A stretch of 64,000 nt of DNA. Origin: Parcubacteria group bacterium. GTDB taxonomy: Bacteria > Patescibacteriota > Minisyncoccia > Phycocordibacterales > Phycocordibacteraceae. Under the pieces are notes generated by a model. The model saw nothing but the letters and a program-made list of their open reading frames with translations. It did not search any database and had not been told where the DNA came from. Where the stretch lies: assembly GCA_028286605.1 (NCBI GenBank), contig JAQBRE010000002.1, forward strand, positions 326,011 through 390,010, read 5' to 3'. Position numbers and translations under genes: made by a program. Below are positions 19,126 through 26,656 of this stretch, piece by piece. The first letter of the stretch is position 1; the number at the start of each line of letters is the position of its first letter.

Positions 19126-19482
19126 CTAGTGCAGCTTTGGATGAAGGATGCCGTCAGAAAATAGTTGTTGCAGCGGGCTTCGCGGAAGATGCGAATCACA
19201 CTGGGGATAGAGCGGACAGAAGTATGAAATGAGCGCCAGAAGTACTATAAAAAGTTCGCTGATGAGCGCAACGAACAAGAGCGCCGCGAGCTGCGGTATG
19301 GAAGAGGCAAGCGCATGCTGCCAGGCGACGACGCTTTCACCAAGATCCTGGCAAAGTGCCGGTGCATTGCCCACGTTTGCGCACGATGCGACACGTGCAG
19401 ACACATCCGCGTGTACTGCAGCGTATCCAGCGAAAATACCGATGATGGCAAGTATGGCAGCGGCAGCAAAGAACCTTCTCAT
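19126..19482 (-). CDS. Small 2-TM membrane protein with two extracytoplasmic Cys pairs (C-X9-C and C-X5-C). Hypothetical, possible redox partner of the adjacent DsbA.
   Basis: TM1 FFAAAAILAIIGIFAGYAAV, loop SCANVGNAPALC, TM2, then CPLYPQC. Start at ATG 19482; the track's GTG 19509 would overlap ogt. Confidence 0.4.
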   Translation of the reverse strand: MRRFFAAAAILAIIGIFAGYAAVHADVSARVASCANVGNAPALCQDLGESVVAWQHALASSIPQLAALLFVALISELFIVLLALISYFCPLYPQCDSHLPRSPLQQLFSDGILHPKLH

Positions 19483-19484
19483 AA

Positions 19485-19820
19485 TTAGCGAGAAACCTTC
19501 GGGTGCCACTGGCTCGTCTTGAGGTCTACTTTCTCTCCGCGGAACTGAACTCCTTCTTTAACGAGGAGCTTCTTTTTCGTAGTGATGCCATCGCCATACG
19601 CGTAGCCAGAGAGTGCTCCGGTTGAACCGACGACGCGGTGGCAGGGAGTCGCCTTCGTATCTTGGTTGTGACTCATGACTGAGCCGACCGCACGTGCAGC
19701 GCCAGGGCGACCGGCAAGTTCCGCGACTTGGCCGTATGTTGCGACTGATCCTTTCGGAATGCTCGCAACGACGGCGTGAACCGTTTTTTGGAAGTTGGTT
19801 TGTGTGCTGTTCTTCATCAA
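19485..19820 (-). CDS. ogt: Methylated-DNA-protein-cysteine methyltransferase (Ogt/MGMT), C-terminal domain only
   Basis: PCHRVV active-site motif and winged-helix domain. 111 aa. Confidence 0.8.
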   Translation of the reverse strand: MMKNSTQTNFQKTVHAVVASIPKGSVATYGQVAELAGRPGAARAVGSVMSHNQDTKATPCHRVVGSTGALSGYAYGDGITTKKKLLVKEGVQFRGEKVDLKTSQWHPKVSR

Positions 19821-19865
19821 TTTAGTATATCAAATATGCTTTTATAAAGCTGGTATCATAGGCGT

Positions 19866-20369
19866 ATGTATGAAGGCGTAGACACCGCGCATAAAAGACA
19901 ATATGTCCGATACGGCATCGTCGCCTTCGTGGTGCTCGGCGCACTGGTCGGCTGGGCCTGGTATGCGCACCCGATGTCCGATAGTCATCTTTCCATATTC
20001 CCCACTGCTACCACCACGCCTTCAAGCGCCATATCCTATGAAATCGTTACAAGTACGGCAGATCAAGAAAGGGGACTAGGTGGTCGTGCGAATATTCCCC
20101 CTGATTACGCGATGCTTTTCGTGTTTCCGAAGGACGGAACGTACGGATTCTGGATGAAAGACATGCTCGCAACCATCGACATGATCTGGCTCTCGGACAA
20201 TGGAACGGTCGTGCACCTCGAGCAGAACGTCGCACCTTCAACCTACCCGCATGTCTTTTATCCGAACACGCCGGCACGATACGTCCTAGAGATGCGCGCA
20301 GGGCAGGCAGCCGCACGAGACCTCGGCATCGGTTCTAAAATTTCCCTTCCCTTGCCATACGGAAAATAG
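19866..20369 (+). CDS. DUF192-family protein (secreted/anchored)
   Basis: N-terminal TM, then a DUF192-like pattern (MLFVFPKDGTYGFWMKDMLATIDMIWLSDNG...YVLEMRAG). Confidence 0.55.
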   Translation: MYEGVDTAHKRQYVRYGIVAFVVLGALVGWAWYAHPMSDSHLSIFPTATTTPSSAISYEIVTSTADQERGLGGRANIPPDYAMLFVFPKDGTYGFWMKDMLATIDMIWLSDNGTVVHLEQNVAPSTYPHVFYPNTPARYVLEMRAGQAAARDLGIGSKISLPLPYGK

Positions 20370-20482
20370 ATTTCAAAGTGACCGGTATCCACAGTAAGAA
20401 TTGATGAAGCGAGGGTACAATTTACCTACGTCGACATAGCTCCACGTTCTTCGACGCCTATTATCTTTTAACCGCATCGCGT

Positions 20483-23332
20483 ATGAAACAGATCAAAAAA
20501 AGGGATGGTCGAGTCGTTGAATTCGAGCCGCTAAAGATAGCGGCCGCGATGCGGAAAGCGTTCGAGGCGAACAACACGCCGATCGCGGATGATGATCTGG
20601 ATCTTTTGATACTTGCTATAGAAGTCGATCTGGAATCCTCATTCCTCGAGTCCACTCCTTCTGTTGAATACGTGCAGGATACGGTTGAGAGAACGCTGAT
20701 GAAGGCGGGGCATCTGGATGTCGCGAAGTCGTACATCGTGTATCGCTATCAGCACGAGAAGATACGCGAAGCGAAACAGGAGGAAGTGCTCGAAAAGATC
20801 GAGGAGAATCAGCTCATGGTGAAGACACGTACCGGCCGCATGGTTGCGTATAGCGAAGATGAAGTACGGGCGAATCTTATGCGCCTGAAGGGTTTGAACA
20901 TGGAAGTGCTCGATATCGAGAACATCCTGGCGAACCTCAAGTACGAGCTCTATGAGGGAATGACGACGGACGAAGTGAGTCGTGGCCTTATCATGGTGGC
21001 GCGTTCGATGATCGAGCGCGATCCGGCATATTCTATGCTCGCCGCTCGCCTTCTCCTGAACAACTGGTATGGAGTCGTCTTCGGTGCAGATTTCGAGAAA
21101 GAGAAGCTTATCGATGCGCATGAGCGCGTCTTCGTGCGTAACATGACGCGCTTGGTGAAGGAGGGCGATCTTGATGAGCGCATGGCTGAATACGACCTCG
21201 GCAAGATGGCACGCGCGATGATCGTTCAGAACGATCAGCTCTTCGAGTACATGGGCCTTGAGATCATGTCGAGCCGTTACTGCCTTGAGGATCCTAAGAC
21301 GAAGAAGTCGCTCGAGACGCCGCAGATGCTCTGGATGCGCATCGCTATGGGCCTTGCTATCGCCGAGAAGAAGGAAGATCGCGAGCGCGTCGCTATGGAA
21401 TTCTATGATGTGCTTTCAAATTTCTATTACACGCCAGGCGGTCGCACGCTCTTCCAGGCAGGCGCGAAGAAGGCGCAGCTTTCGAACTGCTTCCTCAACG
21501 TCGTTCCGGATTCGCTCGACGGCATCTTCAAGTCCTTCAGCGACAACGCGCAGTACCTTAAGTGGTCTGGCGGTACCGGAACATCATGGAGCCGCGTCCG
21601 CGCGACCGGTTCGTTCATCAAGGGTACGGGTGTCGGGTCACAGGGACCTATCCCATTCCTCAAGATCGCTAACGATGTGAACATCGCCATCAATCGTTCA
21701 GGCAAGCGTCGTGGCGCAGGCTGTGTGTATCTGGAGAGCTGGCACCTCGATATCGAGGACTTCCTTGAGCTTCGTAAGAACACGGGTGATGAGCGTCGTC
21801 GTACGCATGATGTTAATACCGCGAACTGGATTCCAGACCTATTCATGAAGCGCGTCCGCGCGAATGGCGACTGGACACTGTTCTCTCCGGAAGAAGTTCC
21901 TGAGCTGACTGAAATCTACGGTGCAGCGTTCGAGAAGAATTATCAGGAATATGAGGCGAAGGCAGACCGCGGCGAGATCGCGCTCTTCAAGCGCATTCCT
22001 GCAGCAGACCTCTGGAGGAAGATGATCGGTATGCTCTTCGAGACCGGCCACCCATGGATTACCTGGAAGGATCCTTCGAACGTTCGCAGTCCGCAGGATC
22101 ACGCGGGTGTCATCCACAACTCGAACCTCTGCACGGAAATCACGCTCAACACTTCGGATGATGAGACGGCAGTGTGTACGCTCGGCTCGCTCAACTTCGC
22201 GCTGTTCGTTACTCCTGACGCGAATGGCGTACTTCGCTTCGACAGCGAGATGGTGAAGCGCGTAACGAAGACGGCAGTCCGCATGCTCGATAACGTTATC
22301 GACCTCAACTATTATCCGACCATCGATTCGTACAACGGGAACTCGCGCCATCGCCCGATCGGCCTCGGCGTACGCGGCTATCATGATGCGCTCTACAAGC
22401 TCGGTATCCGTTTCGACAGTAACGAGGCACTCGACTTCGCAGACGAAAGCATGGAAGTGATGGCGTATCACACGATCATGGCATCGAGCGAGCTCGCGAA
22501 AGAACGCGGCACGTATTCCACGTACAAGGGTTCGAAGTGGGATCGCGACATCTTCCCGCAGGACACGCTTAAGCTTCTTGAAAAAGAACGCGGCGAAACC
22601 ATCGCGATGCCGGAAGGCGGCAAGCTTGACTGGTCACCAGTACGCACGCACGTGAAAGAGTTCGGCGTTCGTAACTCGAACATGATGGCTATCGCACCAA
22701 CTGCATCGACGGCGAATCTCGTCGGTTGTATCCCGTGCGTAGAACCTATCTACAAGAACATCTACGTGAAGAGTAATAAGGAAGGCGAGTTCGTCGTGGT
22801 GAACAAATACCTCGTCGAAGACCTCAAGAACCTGAATCTCTGGAACACCGACATGCTCAACAAGATAAAGGTTGCAGACGGCAGCGTGCAGCAGATTCCC
22901 GAGATCCCGCTCGCGCTTAAGGCGAAGTACAAGGAAGTGTTCGAGATCGATGCGCGCTGGCTCATCGAGGCGGCTGCACGTCGCGGCCGTTGGATGGACC
23001 AGTCCCAGTCCCTCAACATCTTCTATTCAGGCACTTCAGGAAAAGAGCTTTCCGACATCTACTTCCTCGCGTGGGAGCGCGGCCTCAAGACCACCTATTA
23101 CCTCCGTACCCTCGGCGCGTCGCAGGTAGAGAAGGCAAGCGTTTCAACAGCCGAATACGGATCAACGCATACCCGCGGAACCGTTACGGCCGAAGCGATG
23201 TCTATTCCTACGCCGTCACCCATCGCTGCTTCAGTGGCGTCCCCGGTACAGCAAACCAAGTTCGATGCAGCCTTCCTTGCGAAAGTCGCTTCAGGCGAAG
23301 AGGTGGGTATCTGCGAATCGTGCGAGTCCTAG
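20483..23332 (+). CDS. nrdA: Ribonucleoside-diphosphate reductase alpha subunit (class I) with N-terminal ATP-cone
   Basis: ATP-cone (VVEFEPLKIAAAMRKAF) and catalytic-core motifs (NLCTEI, the C-terminal Cys pair CESC). 949 aa. Confidence 0.95.
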   Translation: MKQIKKRDGRVVEFEPLKIAAAMRKAFEANNTPIADDDLDLLILAIEVDLESSFLESTPSVEYVQDTVERTLMKAGHLDVAKSYIVYRYQHEKIREAKQEEVLEKIEENQLMVKTRTGRMVAYSEDEVRANLMRLKGLNMEVLDIENILANLKYELYEGMTTDEVSRGLIMVARSMIERDPAYSMLAARLLLNNWYGVVFGADFEKEKLIDAHERVFVRNMTRLVKEGDLDERMAEYDLGKMARAMIVQNDQLFEYMGLEIMSSRYCLEDPKTKKSLETPQMLWMRIAMGLAIAEKKEDRERVAMEFYDVLSNFYYTPGGRTLFQAGAKKAQLSNCFLNVVPDSLDGIFKSFSDNAQYLKWSGGTGTSWSRVRATGSFIKGTGVGSQGPIPFLKIANDVNIAINRSGKRRGAGCVYLESWHLDIEDFLELRKNTGDERRRTHDVNTANWIPDLFMKRVRANGDWTLFSPEEVPELTEIYGAAFEKNYQEYEAKADRGEIALFKRIPAADLWRKMIGMLFETGHPWITWKDPSNVRSPQDHAGVIHNSNLCTEITLNTSDDETAVCTLGSLNFALFVTPDANGVLRFDSEMVKRVTKTAVRMLDNVIDLNYYPTIDSYNGNSRHRPIGLGVRGYHDALYKLGIRFDSNEALDFADESMEVMAYHTIMASSELAKERGTYSTYKGSKWDRDIFPQDTLKLLEKERGETIAMPEGGKLDWSPVRTHVKEFGVRNSNMMAIAPTASTANLVGCIPCVEPIYKNIYVKSNKEGEFVVVNKYLVEDLKNLNLWNTDMLNKIKVADGSVQQIPEIPLALKAKYKEVFEIDARWLIEAAARRGRWMDQSQSLNIFYSGTSGKELSDIYFLAWERGLKTTYYLRTLGASQVEKASVSTAEYGSTHTRGTVTAEAMSIPTPSPIAASVASPVQQTKFDAAFLAKVASGEEVGICESCES

Positions 23333-23346
23333 TATACTGATAGCCT

Positions 23347-24381
23347 ATGCCAATCAATAAAGGCGCGAAGCCAGTCGACGTTAATAATCGCAAAGTAATC
23401 AACGGCGGTGATGCCGATGTGATGCAGCTCTATCCGATGCGCCACACGTTCGCGTGGGAAGCGTACAACGTAGGGAATGCGAATCACTGGTTGCCAACAG
23501 AGATCTCGATGCAGCGCGATATCGAGCAGTGGAAGAGCCCGACGGCTCTCACGGCAGACGAACGCCAGGCGTTCGAGACTGTCCTCGGTTTCTTCACCAC
23601 AGCCGATTCCATCGCTGCGAACAATGTCGTACTCGCGCTCTATAAGCACATCACGAGCCCTGAGTGCCGCATGTATCTCCTTCGTCAAGGGTATGAAGAG
23701 GCGGTTCACACGCACGCCTATCAGTACATCGTGGAATCTCTCGGCATGGACGAGAGCAAGATCTTCAACATGTATCGCGATGTGGATGCTATCTATCAGA
23801 AGGACAATCTCATACTTTCGCTGAACGAAGGCATCTTCGATCCTGAATTCAAGACCGGCACCTTCGAGAATGATCAGAAGTTCCTCGAGAATCTCTGCGT
23901 CTTCTCACTCATCCTTGAAGGAATCTTCTTCTACTCTTCCTTCGCGGTCATGTTCGGTTTCCAGCGCCAGAACAAGCTCACCGGTTCCGCAGAGCAGATC
24001 CAGTACATCATGCGCGACGAATCGCAGCACCTGAACTTCGGCATCAACCTTATCAATGCGATCAAGGAAGAGCAGCCGGAGCTTTGGACGCCTGAATTCC
24101 AGCAGCGCATCATCGATCTCGTGAAGCGCGCCGTTAAGCTCGAATACACGTTCGCAACAGAGGTGTTCCCGCGCGGCATCTTCGGCATGAATGCAGACGG
24201 CTTCAAGCAGTACATCGAGCACATCGCGGATCGCCGCCTCGAGCGCGTCGCTCTGCCTCTTCAGTACAATGTTGAAAATCCGTTCCCGTGGATGAGCGAA
24301 GCAGTGGACCTCAACAAGGAAAAGAACTTCTTCGAGACTCGCGTTACCGAATACAAGACCGGCGGCACGTTGAATTGGTAA
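23347..24381 (+). CDS. nrdB: Ribonucleoside-diphosphate reductase beta subunit
   Basis: Ferritin-like di-iron ligands (EEAVHTHAY; ...EGIFFYSSFA...; DESQH). 344 aa. Confidence 0.95.
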   Translation: MPINKGAKPVDVNNRKVINGGDADVMQLYPMRHTFAWEAYNVGNANHWLPTEISMQRDIEQWKSPTALTADERQAFETVLGFFTTADSIAANNVVLALYKHITSPECRMYLLRQGYEEAVHTHAYQYIVESLGMDESKIFNMYRDVDAIYQKDNLILSLNEGIFDPEFKTGTFENDQKFLENLCVFSLILEGIFFYSSFAVMFGFQRQNKLTGSAEQIQYIMRDESQHLNFGINLINAIKEEQPELWTPEFQQRIIDLVKRAVKLEYTFATEVFPRGIFGMNADGFKQYIEHIADRRLERVALPLQYNVENPFPWMSEAVDLNKEKNFFETRVTEYKTGGTLNW

Positions 24382-24402
24382 TTAACAATCTTATAGTTTG
24401 TA

Positions 24403-24432
24403 AGAAAAGCGTCCGGTGGACGCTTTTCTTAC
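24403..24432 (+). terminator. Rho-independent terminator after nrdB
   Basis: aagaaaagcgtccgg-tggacgcttttctta. Confidence 0.6.
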
Positions 24433-24448
24433 GTTATAATTTAATATA

Positions 24449-25111
24449 ATGTTCTCGAACTTCGAGCTACCGCAAAAAGTAATAGATATAACTGCAAGCA
24501 TCATAATCTTCGTAGCAATGCACGTGCCACTTTTGAGTCATGCTTTGCTTGCGGGACCAACTATTAATGAGCCTCAATATACTCAAATTGCTCATACACA
24601 GCCTGTAATTATTCCAACGCAATCAATTCAACCTGTTCAGCAAAAATCTCCCTCAGGTATGTCCAGCTCAACACCACAACAGGTTGGAGAGTTTACTGTA
24701 GTTGTAAACTGCAAAGACTTTAATCCTGTAAGTGCTATTATCTTAAAAAATGAATCGATAGTACAAACGATTTCTATTCTAGGTGCAGGAATAACGGGAA
24801 TTCATATGTGTGTACCAGCAGAAGTAAAGGATATTAATTTTGATAGCTATCCTGACTTTATGGTTCCATCTGATAATGGTAGTGGAGGTGCCACTTATGA
24901 TTATTGGCTATTTAGCTCAACAACACAGCAATTTTCGTGTCCAGAGGGAAATTATAGATGTGGTTTGATGAATCCAGAATTTGATTCAACGGCTAAAACT
25001 GTTATTAGTGTAGAACCGACTGGGGCAGGTCATGTCACTACAGACACTTATCGAATTCTTAATGGAAGGTTAGTTCTCTTGAAAGAGGTAAAGGAGAATG
25101 ATTACGAATAA
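24449..25111 (+). CDS. Hypothetical secreted/anchored Cys-containing protein (220 aa) encoded in a low-GC (~38%) islet
   Basis: N-terminal hydrophobic anchor and a Gln/Pro-rich linker. A TATAAT box lies 12 nt upstream. Local GC is far below the flanks. Confidence 0.5.
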   Translation: MFSNFELPQKVIDITASIIIFVAMHVPLLSHALLAGPTINEPQYTQIAHTQPVIIPTQSIQPVQQKSPSGMSSSTPQQVGEFTVVVNCKDFNPVSAIILKNESIVQTISILGAGITGIHMCVPAEVKDINFDSYPDFMVPSDNGSGGATYDYWLFSSTTQQFSCPEGNYRCGLMNPEFDSTAKTVISVEPTGAGHVTTDTYRILNGRLVLLKEVKENDYE

Positions 25112-25153
25112 TTTCGAAGCACGCCCGATTTATTTGTAAGCGAAACGCTCGCG

Positions 25154-26131
25154 GTGCGTCATACGTACTATAAAGGTATGGGTATATCACTTGGTTTCAT
25201 GAACATGAAGAAAATAATCTATGGATTCGTGGCTGTAGGAATGCTGCTGATCTCAGCGCCTGCATATGCGCAAACGGCTCCGAATACAGGCACAGGCAGT
25301 AGCGGCACATCAAGCAACTGGTCAGGCTATGCGGCTGCAGGAGGAAATTACACGGGCGTTAACGGAAGCTGGACGATACCGGCGGCATCTCCGATTTCGG
25401 GAACGAAGCTTTCAGCGGACGCCGCATGGGTGGGTATCGGCGGCCTCACCACGAAGGACCTGATCCAGGCAGGCACGGAATCAGAGGTACAGAACGGTTC
25501 GGTTATTTATCAGGCGTGGTATGAGGCACTTCCTGCTGGGCAAGTGCAGGTTCCGGTGACTGTTCATGCGGGCGATAAAGTGACCGTTTCTTTGAACGAA
25601 ACCTCAACGAATGTCTGGCATCTTATATTTACGAATACGACGACGGGAAATGCATACCAGACGGATATCAATTACAGTTCCTCGCAGTCTTCCGCAGACT
25701 GGATAGAGGAAATGCCGGTCGGGCAGTTCGGTACTACGTCTTCGTATGTCCCGCTCGATATGTTCGGTACGATCCAGTTCAGTAATGCGTACGACACGAC
25801 GAACGGAAACGTGCAGACACTTACGAGTGGAGGAGCGCTCCCGCTTACGATGATGAATACGAATCGTCAGGCGCTCGCTACACCTTCAAGTATCGGTACG
25901 GACGCAGAAAGCTTCAGCGTGGCGCGTACGAATGCGACGGTTTCATCGACAGAAGTATCGCAAGTAGTGCAGAGCAGTCGTGGTTTCCGTCGCGGTGGCG
26001 AGGGCGTGACAAGCTATACGCCTGGAACACGCTATGTACAGCACACGCAGCAGGTCATCATGCGACAAACGCAGCAGATCATAACCCGTTCGGGCAATAC
26101 GATAAGCGTTCAGTTTTATTTGAGTCGCTAG
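25154..26131 (+). CDS. Peptidase G1 (eqolisin / scytalidoglutamic peptidase) family homolog, secreted
   Basis: Motifs SSNWSGYAAAG, AAWVGIGG, DLIQAGTE (catalytic Gln), AWYEA, SADWIEE (catalytic Glu), in the order and spacing of fungal eqolisins. Signal peptide from MKKIIYGF (the ATG at 25205 is the likely true start). Confidence 0.7.
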   Translation: MRHTYYKGMGISLGFMNMKKIIYGFVAVGMLLISAPAYAQTAPNTGTGSSGTSSNWSGYAAAGGNYTGVNGSWTIPAASPISGTKLSADAAWVGIGGLTTKDLIQAGTESEVQNGSVIYQAWYEALPAGQVQVPVTVHAGDKVTVSLNETSTNVWHLIFTNTTTGNAYQTDINYSSSQSSADWIEEMPVGQFGTTSSYVPLDMFGTIQFSNAYDTTNGNVQTLTSGGALPLTMMNTNRQALATPSSIGTDAESFSVARTNATVSSTEVSQVVQSSRGFRRGGEGVTSYTPGTRYVQHTQQVIMRQTQQIITRSGNTISVQFYLSR

Positions 26132-26144
26132 ATCTCATTAGTTG

Positions 26145-26153
26145 TGGTATAAT
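26145..26153 (+). promoter_or_regulatory. Extended -10 promoter element (TGgTATAAT) for RNase P RNA
   Basis: TGGTATAAT lies 7 nt upstream of the predicted rnpB 5' end. Confidence 0.45.
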
Positions 26154-26159
26154 CCACAC

Positions 26160-26513
26160 GGACCGATCCAGACGACCGCTCCAAGATGCCGGAAGGCCTC
26201 AGGGGAGGAAAGTCCGAACACAGGCCGGCGGTTTCCGCCGGCAGAAGGGTAGCGGGTAACGCCCGTCCGCAGTAATGCGCGAGGTGCGAGCAGAGACGCT
26301 TTAGCGGAAACGCGAGAGCATCTGATTTCGGTCAGATGAATCCACTTGGTGACTTGTGGGGTGAAACGGCTAAATCCTTACTTCTGTGCAAGGCCGTGCC
26401 GGTAGTCTTTCGGGACATGCCGGAGCGCCGCTCGAGCCGGCTGGTAACAGCCGGCCCAGATAGATGGTCGTCCTTGCGCAAGCAGGACAGAATTCGGCTT
26501 ATCGGATCGGTTC
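26160..26513 (+). ncRNA. rnpB: RNase P RNA (bacterial type A)
   Basis: P4 halves GAGGAAAGTCCGAACAC and ACAGAATTCGGCTTATC, GGTAACGCC, GGTGAAA, GCTGGTAACAG. The 10 bp P1 pairs 26160-26169 with 26504-26513. Confidence 0.85.
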
Positions 26514-26524
26514 AAAAACATGAA

Positions 26525-26549
26525 GAAACCTACCCTCTGGGTGGGTTTC
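26525..26549 (+). terminator. Terminator after rnpB
   Basis: gaaacctaccc-tct-gggtgggtttc hairpin, then ttcgctttt. Confidence 0.55.
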
Positions 26550-26656
26550 TTCGCTTTTATATGCTCTGGTTTTCTATCCACATAGTTAGTATTGAGGTCT
26601 CGTACAGAACGTATACTTAAGAGGTTCTCTTACTAAGGGTTAATCCCGTAATTACG

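Noticed and set aside
21839-22471. 210 aa minus-strand ORF inside nrdA
   Set aside because: Antisense to the unambiguous ribonucleotide reductase alpha gene.
26336-26620. ORFs 26336..26620 (+) and 26378..26581 (-)
   Set aside because: They fall inside or across RNase P RNA and its terminator, so they are non-coding.
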